DNA from: Octopus sinensis
Lineage: Eukaryota
Assembly (NCBI RefSeq): GCF_006345805.1
Contig: NC_043019.1
Location: 11,159,360 to 11,223,359 of the forward strand
Length of the DNA stretch: 64,000 nucleotides
Direction: 5' to 3'
Notes under the pieces: generated by a model
Databases searched by the model: none
What the model was told of the DNA's origin: nothing
Seen by the model: the letters and a program-made list of their open reading frames with translations, nothing else
Position numbers and translations under genes: made by a program
Shown here: piece after piece, positions 11,951 to 24,900 of the stretch
Position numbering within the stretch: the stretch's first letter is position 1
How the letters are laid out: the number at the start of each line of letters is the position of its first letter

Positions 11951-13934
11951 TATATATGCTGATTAAAATCTTGCCGAGATCAACTTTGTCTTTCATCTCT
12001 ACGAGAGTCAATAATATAAAGACCCTGATGAATGCGGGAGCTGATGGAATTCACAGGATCAGAAGACCCATCCCCTCAAAACGATGCCAAAATGGGTGGA
12101 ATCATTAAAAAATGCACAAGACATATTGACCAAATTCTAGATTAGGTATTTAAAGCCATCAAAGGACATTATTTAGGTTTTGGAAATGAATCTTACAAAG
12201 CAAAAAAAAAAAAAAAAAGGAAAAATTACAGTGTGGGTGTGGCTGTGTTGTAATAAGTTTGCTTCCCAACCACATGGTTCCAGGCTCAGTCCCACTGTGT
12301 AGTACCATGGACAAGTGTCTTCTATTAAAGCCTTGGTCCAACCAAAGCTTTGCGATTGGATTTGGTGGATGGAAGCTCATTTGGTAGATGGAAAGAAGCG
12401 CATTGTGTATATATATATATATATATATATATCATTGTGTCTGTGTTTGTCCCACACCACTGCCTGACAACCAGTCTTGGGGTGTTTATCTCCCTGTAAA
12501 TTAGCAGTTTGGCAAAAGAGACTGATAGAATAAGTACCAGGCTTTAAAACAATGAAACAAGTAGTGGAGCCAATTCGTTTGACTAAAAATTCTTCAAGGC
12601 AGTGCCCCAGCATGGCCACAGTCTAATGACTGAAACACGTAAAATGTAAAAGTTGGTCTCTATTTACTTTTGAGATGTCTGTGTACCTGCTTTTTCACCA
12701 TTTCCGTGGTTGATGTAATAAATGGCAGTCGATAAAAACAAGCAATCCACCTACGACATTCTAGCTAACTCAGAATTATTAGTTTGTTTGAAGAGGCGGA
12801 TGGCTGAGCTTGCAAGATGAAGTCCAACGAATCATATCACTTCTTCCCAGTCGTGTGAACTCTGAAATTTAACCCACATCCGCAAGAGAAGTATCTAGAC
12901 ATGGATCTGTTAATCTGTTGTTATCTCTATAATCAAAAGCATTCATTCTAGAGAAAAAATTAATCCTTTAGTTATTAAACTCATATTCAGCTCAAATATT
13001 CTACCTATTTTTATGTTCAAATTGGCTAGATTCAGCCTCTCACACCTACCCTACAACGTCATTCAAAAAAAAAAAAAACAGGTGTAGGAGTGGCTGTGTG
13101 GTAAGTAGCTTGCTTACCAACCACATGGTTTTGGGTTCAGTCCCACTGCAAATCGACCCCAGGACTTATTCTTTGTAAGCCTAGTACTTATTTTATCGGT
13201 TCTTTTGCCGAACCATTAAGTTACGAGGACGTAAACACACCACCATCAGTTGTCCAGTGATATTGGGGGGACAAACACAGACACACAAACATATACACAG
13301 ACATACATATATATATATACATATATACGGCGAGCTGGCAGAAACGTTAGCACGCCGGGCAAAATGCATAGCCGTATTTCGTCTGCTGCTACGTTCTGAG
13401 TTCAAATTCTGCCGAGGTCGACTTTGCCTTTCATCCTTTCAGGGTCGATAAATTACGCACTGGGGTCGATAAATTAAGTACCAGTTACGCACTGGGGTCG
13501 ATATAATCGACTTAATCCGTTTGTCTGTCCTTGTTTGTCCTTTCTGTGTTTAGCCCCCTGTGGGCAATAAAGAAAAATATATACACATATACGACAGGCT
13601 TCTTTCAGTTTCCGTCAACCAAATCCACTCACAAGGCTTTGGTCGGCCTGAGGTGCCACGCAGTGCAACTGAACCCAGAAACATGTGGTTGGCAAGCAAG
13701 CTACTTACCACACAGCTACTAGTGTATGAATAATTCAAAACAATGTGAATAAATAAGCTTTACATTTGACAGACTAATGTAAGCACTGACCCCTTAACTT
13801 AGTGGTTTGGCAAAGAAATCGATAAAATAAGAACCAGACTTTAAAAACAAGTACTGGGGTTGATTTATTCAACTAAAAATTCTTCAGGTGAAGCTCCAGC
13901 TTGGCCGCTGTCAAATGACTGAAACAAGTAGAAG

Positions 13935-14340
13935 AGTGGCTGTGTGGTAAGTAGCTTGCTAACCAACCACATGGTTCTGGGTTCAGTCCCACTGCGTGGC
14001 ATCTTGGGCAAGTGTCTTCTGCTATAGCCCCGGGCCAACCAATGCCTTGTGAGTGGATTTGGTAGACGGAAACTGAAAGAAGCCTGTCGTATATATGTAT
14101 ATATATATGTATGTGTGTGTGTTTGTGTGTCTGTGTTTGTCCCCCTAGCATTGCTTGACAACCGATGCTGATGTGTTTACGTCCCCGTCGCTTAGCGGTT
14201 CGGCAAAAAGAGACCGATAGAATAAGTACTGGGCTTACAAAGAATAAGTCCCAGGGTTGATTTGCTCGAATAAAGGTGGTGCTCCAGCATGGCCACAGTC
14301 AAAATGACTGAAACAAGTAAAAGAGTAAAGAGTAAAAAGA
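13935..14340 (+). mobile_element. tRNA-derived SINE family B (about 400 bp, internal TA/TG microsatellite)
   Basis: A-box tggctgtgtgg, B-box ggttcagtccc, central cttgggcaagtgtcttct box, tail tgactgaaacaagtaaaagagtaaagag; more than 20 full or partial copies in the window. Confidence 0.87.
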
Positions 14341-14536
14341 GTATAAAAGATAGATCCTACTGCTGCAATGAAGGCAATCTACCTGGGTGGGTACTCCAAA
14401 AAGTGCTCAAGAACAGGGTTGGGGAAGAGGAAACTCTGAGTTCATGCAATAAGTCTAACTCTTAAATGCTGGCGCTGTCATCATCATCATCATCGTCGTC
14501 GTTTAATGTCCGTTTTCCATGTTAGCATGGGTTGGA

Positions 14537-15012
14537 TTATGCCTGTAATGACATGCATAAGATCTGGTCATCAAATCTAAGTAGAGACTTCAAAGCCACA
14601 GTCAAACCAATTCTACTATATGGCTCAGAAACCTGGACGTTATCAAGAAGCTTGAGAGGCGGTTGGATGGAACCTACACTCAGCCTCCTTATGAGAGCTC
14701 AAAATCTCTCGTGGAAGCGCCATCCAACCAAAATGCAAATATGGGAAACTACCATCTGTGTCATCTCTTGTGAAAGGTAGGAGAGTCCAGTTTGCTGGAC
14801 ATTGTTTTGTAGAGCTGAAAAAGAAGTAATTTCTACTCTTCTCCTCTGGAAGCCTCTACTCGCAATACCAGAGGCGCCACCTCCTACCCTGATGTAATCT
14901 CCAGGGATACAGGCATCCAGCAACAGACCTCCGTAATGCCATGATGGACCGTGAAGTCTGGCGTAGCATGGTAAATTCCATTGTCTCGACCACGGTCGAA
15001 CAATGATGATGA
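14537..15012 (+). mobile_element. RTE-clade LINE 3' fragment nested in another RTE 3'UTR
   Basis: KPILLYGSETWTL...YPDVISRDTGIQQ...AMMDREVWRSMVNSIVSTTVEQ*, (TGA)n tail, TSD tgggttgga at 14528 and 15013. Confidence 0.85.
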
Positions 15013-15499
15013 TGGGTTGGACAGTTCGACCGGGGTCTGGAAAGCCAGGAGGCTGCACCAAGCTCCAGTCTGATCTGGCAGTGTTTCTACAGCTGGATCC
15101 CCTTCCTAACGCCAACCACTCCATGAGTGTAGTGGGTGCTTTTTATGTGTCAGAGGAGGCTAGCAATGGCCATGATCGGTTGGTGTTTTTTACGTGCCAC
15201 GGGAGGCTGGCAACAGCCACGATCGGTTGGTGCTTTTTACGTGCCACCAGCACAGAAGCCAGTCAAGGCAGTGCTGGCATCGGCCACATTCGAATGGTAC
15301 TTTTTACATGCCACCAGGACGGGTATCACAACTACAATTTCCATTTGATTTTTATTTTGATTAAAATAACATTGTCTGTGTTGAACGTCTTTTTTTTTTA
15401 AGCACTTATGCTAAAAATAGCAGCTAATTTAACACCACTACAAACCAAACAAAGGCAGTCTTTACATAACTGCTTTACCTGTAAGGATAGTGGTCAAAA

Positions 15500-15880
15500 C
15501 CACCACTAATACTACTGCCAGTGTTACTACCACTACTACTACCACCATCACTTTAACTATCACCACCACCACCACCACCGCCACCACCAAAATCCCCACC
15601 ACCACCACCACCACCGCCGCCGCCGCCGCCACCACCACCACCACCACTACTGCCACCACCACCTCTACCACTGTCACCACCACCACCGCTGCCGCCACAA
15701 CCACCACCACCACCATCACCATCATCACCATCATTATTACCACCCCTGCCACTACCACTATTATCCCCATCACCACCACCACCACCACTAGCATCATTAT
15801 TACCCCCACTACTACTATTACTGTCATAACCACCACCACTTTACAATCACAGCCTCTCACCACTACCACTATTATCACCG
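15500..15880. repeat. (ACC/ACT)n tract
   Basis: Direct reading. Confidence 0.95.
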
Positions 15881-16497
15881 CAACGAACGACCACCTATAC
15901 TATGATTTAGACTCCATTACGATGCTCACCCAGTTTAAAGTTGCACTTTTAAAATGCATCGCAAGTGAAAAACGAAAATAAAAGAAAATCAATAGTAAAT
16001 AACATAAAACCACTAAACAACACCAACAACAACAAAACCTAATAACACTGCCAAACAATAATACAAACTAACCATAACCACACACACACAAATACACACA
16101 CACACAAATACACACACACACACCACACAAATATACATACATATATATACACACATATATAAATCAGTAAGTACGCTGCAGAGCAAATTGAATTGCCAAC
16201 CAAATAGTTATTTGCTCTTAAAGTTTGTCCTTTCATTAGAACAGTAAGCAAAGGTAGTGGTGGGAGGTAGAGAACGAAGGCAAAGCAAAAAATAAAAAAA
16301 TAAAATAAAAAGTAAAAAAATAACAGAGCCAATAATACAAATAAATTTAATTTGCTGCTGAATAGTTGTTCACCAATTAATGGTGACTAGCCATTCAGTA
16401 ACATTAATAATGTTTCTTTATCAGAGGGTGGAAAAAATTATATATTAAAATACACACACACACACATATACATATATGTATATATATACATATGTGC

Positions 16498-16535
<38 letters not shown>

Positions 16536-16646
16536 ACCCCGGTCGAACCGTCCAACCCATGCTAGCATGGAGAACGGACGTTAAACGACGATGATGATGA
16601 TGATGATGTGCATACCTATCTATCTATCTATCTATCTATCTATTTA

Positions 16647-16708
<62 letters not shown>

Positions 16709-17179
16709 TGTGTGTGTGTATCTATCTATATATATATATATATATATATGTAGGTCCCGGGTTGAGTCGGGGTTAACCACAGTAAATAAGGTACTCAATA
16801 CATAGCAGAGTAAAGTAATTTATTTTATAGAAATACTTTTTGAAAAAGTTCTCTTTCCATACCAAAACTACTTGGTAACAAATATTAATTTTAAAATTGA
16901 TAATTATTTACCCTTATATTAGTAATACATACATATATATACATCCGCTCGTGTCCTATTTCTTTACTGCCCACAAGGGGCTATACACAGAGGGGACAAA
17001 CAAGGACAGACAAACGGATTAAGTCGATTATATCGACCTCAGTGCATAACTGGTACTTAATTCATCGACCCCGAAAGGATGAAAGGCAAAGTGGACCTCG
17101 GCGGAATTTGAACTCAGAACGTAACGGCAGACGAAATACCAGTAAGCATTTCGCCCGGCGTGCTAACGACTCTGCCAGC

Positions 17180-17526
17180 TCGTGTCCGATGCCAGTCTCG
17201 CCTGGCCCCCGTGCCGGTGGTACATAAAAGCACCATCCGTTCGTGTCTGTTGCCAGCCTCGCCTGGCCCCCGTGCCGGTAGCACGTAAAAGCACCATCCG
17301 TTCGTGGCCGTTTGCCAGCTCCGTCTGGCACCTGTGCGGGTGGCACGTAAAAAGCACCCACTACACTCATGGAGTGGTTGGCTTTAGGAAGGGCATCCAG
17401 CCGTAGAAACCATGCCAGATCTGACTGGGCCTGATGCAGCCTTCTGGCTTCACAGACCCCAGTTGAACCGTCCAACCCATGCTAGCATGGAAAACGGACG
17501 CTAAATGATGATGATGATGATGATGA
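17180..17526 (+). mobile_element. RTE LINE 3'UTR-derived repeat with (GAT)n tail
   Basis: Ends ccaacccatgctagcatggaaaacggacgctaaatgatgatg, the same end as the RTE at 52786-54000. Confidence 0.85.
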
Positions 17527-17572
17527 TATATATATATATATTTATATATGTATTACTAGTTTAAATGCAGAC

Positions 17573-17755
17573 CTGTTGGGCAGCTCTTAAGATGGCTCCC
17601 GTGGAGTGCTCTTCATTGGGCCTTGGGCCCAACAATGACATTTCATGCATTGAGTACATATTAAATTGTATTAAACTTGACCAATATTTATCAAGCAATG
17701 AACAATTTTCATCAAAACAATGATATAATTTGTTGACTTGGAACTTATTGCAAAG
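17573..17755 (-). CDS. Candidate internal coding exon of an unidentified gene
   Basis: ttatcatgcag acceptor, CAG|gtctgc donor, 183 nt, phase 0-0: LCNKFQVNKLYHCFDENCSLLDKYWSSLIQFNMYSMHEMSLLGPRPNEEHSTGAILRAAQQ. Confidence 0.45.
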
Positions 17756-18514
17756 CTGCATGATAAACATTTTTGTCTTCCATTCAGGGGTTAGTACAAT
17801 TTTTTTTTCTATCTAACCTCTTTCTTTCTCTCTCTCTTTCTGTTGATTGTTTTCAACCATCACCATCACCTGTGCCACCACCATCTCCCATCACCATCAC
17901 CAGTAACACCACCATCTCCACCACAACTGCCATACACACACCATTCAGACTTCTGACACCACCATCATTAATACCTATGACTTCGCCACCTTCCCCTAAA
18001 TGTAGTTCTCAGGGAGATTCAGTGTGACACAGAGTGTGACAAAGCTGGCCCTCTGAAATACAGGTACCACTCATTTTTGCCAGCTGAGTGGACTGGAACA
18101 ACATGAAATAAAGTGTCTTGCTCAAGGACACAATGTGTCGCCATGAATTGAACTCACAACCCTACAATCCTAAGCCAAATACCTTAACCACTAAGACACA
18201 CGCCTTCACTCCTGTCAAATGAAATGCTTATTTATTCACATTGTTTGAATTAATCATAGATTATCTTGTAGCTTTGAGATTTCAGTCACATGTGATTGCA
18301 TGTATTGAGGACGGTGTGGGATGGGCTGCATCTGGCTGATTTGAAAATAGAACAGGAAGAATATTTAGACTGAATATGGCCAGTTTGAATGCTAAAGAGT
18401 TAAACAAATAGTGAAGGTATAGTACAAATTGCTATACTGTATTACCAAGTTATAGTCAAGTGATGGGTAGCTGTACTCAAATATAATATATATATATATA
18501 ATATATATAATATA

Positions 18515-18574
<60 letters not shown>

Positions 18575-18750
18575 GCCTAGCGGTGTTTCGTTTGTCTTTA
18601 TGTTCTGAGTTCAAATTGTGCCAAGGTGACTTTGCCTTTCATCCTTTCAGGGTCGATAAATTGAGTACCAGTTACGCACTGGGGTCGATGTAATTGACTT
18701 AATCCCTGTGTCTGTCCTTGTTTTTCCCCTCTTGTGGGCAATAAAGAAAT

Positions 18751-18816
<66 letters not shown>

Positions 18817-19674
18817 TACATGCATGTATATATGTATCTATATTTTTAAGTTTATCTCTTCAGATTTTCTATAGAATTTAGAGCTAGCTCTGAAAGTTAT
18901 AATGTTTTGTATATGAATACGTCTATGTAAACAATGTGATTGAAATGTAATAGGTGTATATGCACATTTCAAGTAGTATTGCTCTTTCTTCAGCACCACA
19001 TCCAATTCATTAATTATCCATAAATACATTGCTTAAGTTGCCATTAAGTTTAATGGTATAACACTATTGAATATATTTATATATCAAATACATTACTGGC
19101 AAGTGGTACTACACTCTGTGTAGTGGGTGCTTTTGCCATGGCACCAGCACTTTTATCATGAGGCTGTTGGCATAAGGAACGATGTCCAGTCATAGAAACC
19201 ACATCAAAACAGACATTGGAGCTTGGTGTAACCTTCTGGCATGTCAGTTCATGTCGAAATGTCAAACCTATATTGGCATGGAAAGAGGGGACATTAAATT
19301 ATGATGTGTGTGTGTTTGTGTATGAGTGTGTGTGTGGTGTGAGAGAGAGAAAGGGCCAGAAGTATTCCAATTGTGGTAAAGTTCCATGTAGTCATCTATT
19401 CTGACATTTGAAACCTGCCTTGACACTCCCCCACTTCGCACCGAAGCACCCCCTCTGTCCCCCCCCCCCACCTCGCATCCATTAGTCAATACCTCGTCCT
19501 TTCAGCAACAAGTCTTCAATACAGTGCAGTCATTGATTACTAAGACAGCTAGCAGAATTCATTTGTCAAAATCACTGTGATGATAATGATAACTACAACA
19601 GTGATGATGGCGGTGGTGTCTGTTGGTGGCAGCAGGGGTGGGGGGTGGGGGCTGGCTGGCTGGCTGGCTGGCAT

Positions 19675-20345
19675 AGAGGATGATGATAATAATGATGATG
19701 GTGATGATGCAGGGTGGAGGTGGTGATGATGGTATGGGTGGTGAGTGTGATAATGGCGATGATGATGATGATGCTGATGATTATGATGATGATGATGATG
19801 ATGATGATGATAATGATAATGATGATGATGATGATGGTGATGGTGGTGATGATGATGATGGTGATGGTGATGATGATGATGATGATGATGACGATGATGA
19901 TGGCGATGAGTACAATGGTGGTGGAGGTGGTGTGGAGGTGGTGGTGGAGGTGGAGGTGGTGGTGGTGGATGTGGTGGAGTGGTGGAGGTGGTGGTGGAGG
20001 TGGTGGAGGTGGTGGTGGTGGTGGAGGTGGTGGCGGTGGTCGTTAGGGTGACGATGATAATGATAGTGATGCCAATAATGATGATAATGTTGATGCTGGG
20101 TGGTAACGATGGTGATGGTGATGGTGATGGTGATGGGGATGATGAAGAGGATCATGATGGTAATGAGGATGGTTTGATAACAGTGATAGTGATGATGATG
20201 ATGATGATGATGATGAGGAGGAGAAGTGAAAAAGGAAAGATGTGTGGGAGGGAAAGAGAAGGTGACAACAACAACAACAACAATTACAAAGGTGATGACG
20301 ATGGCAGTGGTGGTGGGTGATGCTGCAGCATCTTCTGCTGCTGCT
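19675..20345. repeat. (GAT)/(GGT)/(GGA) low-complexity tract
   Basis: Direct reading. Confidence 0.95.
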
Positions 20346-20394
20346 GCTGATTGCAATGATTTTAGTGATGAAAATCCCCTCTCCCCTGACACAT

Positions 20395-20720
20395 TCCTTC
20401 TTTTTCTCCAATTTTCTTCTTCTTTTTCTTTCTTTCTTTCTTCTTTTCTTTCTTTCTTTCTTCTCTTTTTTTCTTTTCTTTCTTTCTTCTCTTTCTTTCT
20501 TTCCTTCTTCTTCTTCTTTTCTGCTTCTTCTTCTTCTTCTTCTTTTCCTTCTTCTTCTTCTTCTTCTTCTGCTTTTCTTCTTCTTCTTCTTCTTCTTCTT
20601 CTTCTTCTGCTCTTCTTCTTCTTCTTCTTCTTCTTCTTCTTCTGCTTCTTTTCCTTCTTCTTCCTTTTCTTCTTCTTCTTCTTCTTCTTCTTCTTCTTCT
20701 TCTTCTTCTTCTTCTTCTTC
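20395..20720. repeat. (TTC)n/(TTTC)n polypyrimidine tract
   Basis: Direct reading. Confidence 0.95.
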
Positions 20721-21007
20721 CCCCTCCTTTATTTTAAATCCTATAATTCTTGGTCCATTATCTGGAACATTCTTAGTATATATATATATATTTTTTTCTT
20801 CTTCTTCTTATTGCAAGGATTGTTTCTCAAATTCCAGCAGCTGCTGGCGCCATCAATATCGGTAGATAATGGAATTGATTGTTGCAATGCAACTATTGAA
20901 GATTCTTGCCTTCTTCTGTAGCAATTGCCAGAGATAACAATTGTTACCATCAGTAGAGCAGCTTATCTCTTTACTAATCTATTAATCTACTCAAAATCTT
21001 GTTGTTG

Positions 21008-21156
21008 TCATTGTTGTTGTGGTTGTTTAGTGACCAGTTCCCTCAAGGAGTTCACTTCCTGTCTCATAGATGCAGGAACATGTTCCACTGGAAGGAACTT
21101 GGTCACTGAGTTTGGAATTTTGGTCAAATCCTCTCTTTTATTAAAGTTATCACTTT
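21008..21156 (-). CDS. Candidate coding exon (terminal, or internal if gtgaac/gtcact is used as donor)
   Basis: ttttgattgcag acceptor; phase-1 xSDNFNKREDLTKIPNSVTKFLPVEHVPASMRQEVNSLRELVTKQPQQQ*; phase matches exon 23402-23513. Confidence 0.5.
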
Positions 21157-21814
21157 CTGCAATCAAAAGTAGCAGAATCCAAATCCTCCTCCTTCCCTTC
21201 TTCTTCTCCCTCCACCTTCCTCCACCCTCCTCCTCCTCTCCTCTACCTGCTCCCCTACTTTTCCCCTCCTCCCTCATTAACTCTTCCTTTTCTTCTCCTA
21301 CCTTTCTTCCCCATCTTTCTCCTCCGCCTCCTCCTCCGCCTCCTCCTCCTCCTCTCCTTTTCTTCTACCCTTCTTCTCTTTCTTCTTCTCCTCCCCTCTT
21401 CTTCCTCCTCTTTTCCAGCTACTTCTTTTTCCTCCAGGAGCTGGAACTGGCTGAGTGCTCTGTGGTCAGTGGTTAGACCTAAGAAGGTGTAGAACCAAAG
21501 ACGAAATACGGCTTGTTGATCTAGCTTTTTATAGGAACTAGGAGGCTCCAAATAGAGATTTAGAAGACTGTGTCATGGGACCTTATCAGAAGGCTGTGAT
21601 TGGTTGGGTTGCACATTGGCGTGTAATAGAGCAAGAGATAAATTGCACCAACCAATCAGAGAAGTGGACACAACAGGGTCCAAGCGGCCGAAGGTTAGCT
21701 GTTATCTGCTACGTCCGGATTTATGTTATATATGTCAGAGAGAGAGAATTTCATTAAGTATCCGCTACAAATTTGAATTGGGAGCTTGAATCATCAGAAA
21801 TATTTCATTAAAGG

Positions 21815-22208
21815 AGCAGGAGTGGCTGTGTGGTAAGTAGCTTGCTAACCAACCACATGGTTCCGGGTTCAGTCCCACTGCGTAGCATCTTGGGCAAGTG
21901 CCTTCTGCTATAGCCTCGGGCCGACCAAAGCCTTGTGAGTGGATTTGGTAGACGGAAATTGAAAGAAGAATGTTGTATATATGTATCTGTGTGTATATGT
22001 TTGTGTGTCTGTGTTTGTCCTCCCAACATCGCTTGACAACCGATGGTGGTGTGTTTATGTCCCCGTAACTTAGTGGTTCGGCAAAAGAGACTGATAGAAT
22101 AAGTACTAGGCTTTCAAAGAATAAATCCTGGGATTGATTTACTCGACTAAAGGCGGTGCTCCAGCATGGCCACAGTCAAATGACTGAAACAAGTAAAAGA
22201 GTAAAAGA
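21815..22208 (+). mobile_element. SINE family B, full length (second copy follows at about 22247-22545)
   Basis: Full head-to-tail match to 13935-14340. Confidence 0.87.
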
Positions 22209-22733
22209 GTAAAGAGAGAATAATCACCAAAATTCATTCTTGTATGGGCGCAGGAGTGGCTATGTGGTAAGTAGCTTGCTAACCAACCACATAGTTCCGG
22301 GTTCAGTCCCACTGCGTGGCATCTTGGGCAAGTGTCTTCTGCTATAGCCCCAGGCTGACCAATGCCTTGTGACAACCGATGCTGGTGTGTTGACGTCCCC
22401 GTCACTTAGCAGTTCGGCAAAAGACACCGATAGAATCAGTACTGGGCTTACAAAGAATAAGTCTTGGGGTCGATTTGCTTGACTAAAGGCAGCGCTCCAG
22501 CATGGCCGCAGTCAAATGACTGAAACAAGTAAAAGAGTAAGAGAGAGTATGTTAGACAAGGCAAGTGACAAGAGATATTTTACATGTGTATCTTATATTG
22601 CCGGTATTATCACTCTCTTCAAACAACTTGACTTTAAGGGAACATTTTATCAAGAGATGAAAGAAGTAAAACTACTCTATGTTAAAAGGGTTTACAGGCA
22701 AATATTAATAACAATACTATCGTAATCGCTTAG

Positions 22734-23422
22734 CTCACTTTCTATGATGAAATGTGTTGCATTCAGCTATCACTCACTTTCTATGATGAAATGTGTTGCA
22801 TTCAGCTATCACTCACTTTCTATGATGAAATGTGTTGCATTCAGCTATCACTCACTTTCTATGATGAAATGTGTTGCATTCAGCTATCACTCACTCTCTG
22901 TGATGAAATGTGTTGCATTCAGCTATCACTCACTTTCTATGATGAAATGTGTTGCATTCAGCTATCACTCACTTTCTATGATGAAATGTGTTGCATTCAG
23001 CTATCACTCACTTTCTATGATGAAATGTGTTGCATTCAGCTATCACTCACTTTCTATGATGAAATGTGTTGCATTCAGCTATCACTCACTTTCTATGATG
23101 AAATGTGTTGCATTCAGCTATCACTCACTTTCTATGATGAAATGTGTTGCATTCAGCTATCACTCACTTTCTATGATGAAATGTGTTGCATTCAGCTATC
23201 ACTCACTCTCTGTGATGAAATGTGTTGCATTCAGCTATCACTCACTTTCTATGATGAAATGTGTTGCATTCAGCTATCACTCACTCTCTGTGATGAAATG
23301 TGTTGCATTCAGCTATCACTCACTTTCTATGATGAAATGTGTTGCATTCAGCTATCACTCACTTTCTATGATGAAATGTGTTGCATTCAGCTATCACTCA
23401 CTCTCTGTGATGAAATGTGTTG
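22734..23422. repeat. 39-bp minisatellite, 17 full units plus 26 bp, two unit variants
   Basis: Unit ctcactttctatgatgaaatgtgttgcattcagctatca; variant ctcactctctgtgatg; no spacers. Confidence 0.97.
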
Positions 23423-23513
23423 TGTTGAGACAGCAGTATAGGCTTCCTCTTTGATCTCTGAAAGCCATGGTCTTAAACAGTTCAAATCTGGACCTACTGA
23501 CGTTGGGAGTGAT
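23402..23513 (-). CDS. Candidate internal coding exon of an unidentified gene
   Basis: ttttctgaagttgcag acceptor, gtgagt donor, 112 nt, phase 0-1: ITPNVSRSRFELFKTMAFRDQRGSLYCCLNTTHFITE. Confidence 0.55.
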
Positions 23514-23541
23514 CTGCAACTTCAGAAAATTTTATATAAAA

Positions 23542-23908
23542 CTAGCACTATGACCCAGCAACGCCGGGTCATGGTGCTAGTGCATGCATATACAGCTGCG
23601 TGCATGCACACATACACGCGAGTACTGTCCAGATCTCCGACCAATCACATACAGCTAGCTGGCATTCAATTGGCGTATCAAGTTTCGGGCATTTTGATTG
23701 GGTTTTGGATAGAAAATTCACAAAAAAGTCACTTCTATTGATTTCTTAATGGCTTTGCAGGGTGACTGGGGAAATGTAAAGATGTGCACGACCATCCTTG
23801 AATGGTTTTGAGTGACCATAGAAAGTGCGAGCGAGCCTCTAACTGAAAAATTGTGGATTTGTATAAAGGACACACACGCAGACATTTTGCCGTTTATATA
23901 TATAGAGA
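23542..23908 (-). mobile_element. Non-autonomous Helitron-like element, family H2
   Basis: On the - strand: A|TCTCTATATATATAAACGGC start and CTAG|T end, with terminal hairpin ctagcaccatgacccggcgttgctgggtcatagtgctag. Confidence 0.72.
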
Positions 23909-23955
23909 TTTTTAACACAACTGTTATTAATGCAACCTCAAGCTGAATATACTCT

Positions 23956-24090
23956 TACACAATCAGTTACGAGCTACAAGTGATTGAATATGCCAAACAG
24001 CATGGCAACAGGGCTGCAGAGAAGCATCTTGGAGCACTGCCAACTGAGAAAATGATCCCCTACTGGAAGAAAGAAGAGGACCTGTTGAAG
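23956..24090 (+). mobile_element. pogo-type transposase N-terminal (Brinker-like DNA-binding domain) remnant
   Basis: YTISYELQVIEYAKQHGNRAAEKHLGALPTEKMIPYWKKEEDLLK resembles the BrkDBD of pogo/Tigger transposases. Confidence 0.7.
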
Positions 24091-24417
24091 CCTGGTGTAC
24101 CCTTATCAGACAGGTAGTCATGATGGGTATACTGGGCTTCGTATATTTTACCCCAGTGTCACTTTGGTAGCATGTGTAGCTCTCTCACTCAATAATAATA
24201 GTAATAAAAATAAAAATAATAAGGGTTTCAAATATTGGCACAAGGTCAGCAATTCTAGTCAATCATATCAACTCCAGTACTCAACAAGTACTTAATTTAT
24301 GGATCCCGAAAGGTTGAAAGGCAAAGTCGACCTCGTCGAAATTTGAACTCAATGTAAGGATGAAAAAATTGCTAGTAAGCATTTTGTATGGCATGCTAAC
24401 AATTCTTGTAGCTCACC

Positions 24418-24469
<52 letters not shown>

Positions 24470-24492
24470 TTAATAATAATAATATCATAATA

Positions 24493-24900
24493 TCTCGGCG
24501 AAAGAGTTTGACAAGTTCAGAAAATATAAAGACTGCTCATTGAAATTGAGAAAATGTGGCATCTCAAGGCGGTTACAATACCAGTGATCATAGGAGCACT
24601 AGGAATGATCAAGAAGGAACCGAAAATTATATGAGAATGATCCCTGGCTTACCATCCCTGCAAGAAGTGCAAAAGATTGTCTTAACTGGTACATCACACG
24701 TATTGAGAAGAGCATTGTCGCTGTGAGAGCTGTTACTGCTCATGTATTTTAATTTAACCTTAAAAAAAAAAAAAAATGAACGAACTATTGAGTTTGGTTT
24801 AATGGCCTACCAATGTATACTATGAGTTTCTTTGCCCTAGGAGTCGGGAAGACGCTCGGCAAGAAATGGAAGCAAATTTGAAAGAAGAAGAAAAAAAAAA
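24493..24900 (+). mobile_element. R4/Dong-like LINE 3' end inside (TAA)n
   Basis: KEFDKFRKYKD/LIEIEKMWHLKAVTIPVIIGALGMIKK/TENYMRMIPGLPSLQEVQKIVLTGTSHVLRRALSL*; (AAT)n on both flanks. Confidence 0.82.

Noticed and set aside
12660-12960. Unique island as an exon (LECRRWIACFYRLPFITSTTEMVKKQ on -, or MAVDKNKQSTYDILANSELLVCLKRRMAELAR on +)
   Set aside because: Several mutually exclusive short frames, none with recognisable homology.
352-20921. Numerous long ORFs rich in V, T, P, YLSI, CV or IY
   Set aside because: They are translations of tri-, tetra- and dinucleotide microsatellites; the same applies to similar ORFs throughout the window.
22734-23422. CRISPR array, repeat protein (MMKCVAFSYHSLS)n, or box C/D snoRNA cluster (ATGATGA in each unit)
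   Set aside because: Units are contiguous with no unique spacers and there are no cas genes in this eukaryotic context. The ORFs follow from the 39-bp period. There is no box D (CTGA) on the same strand.
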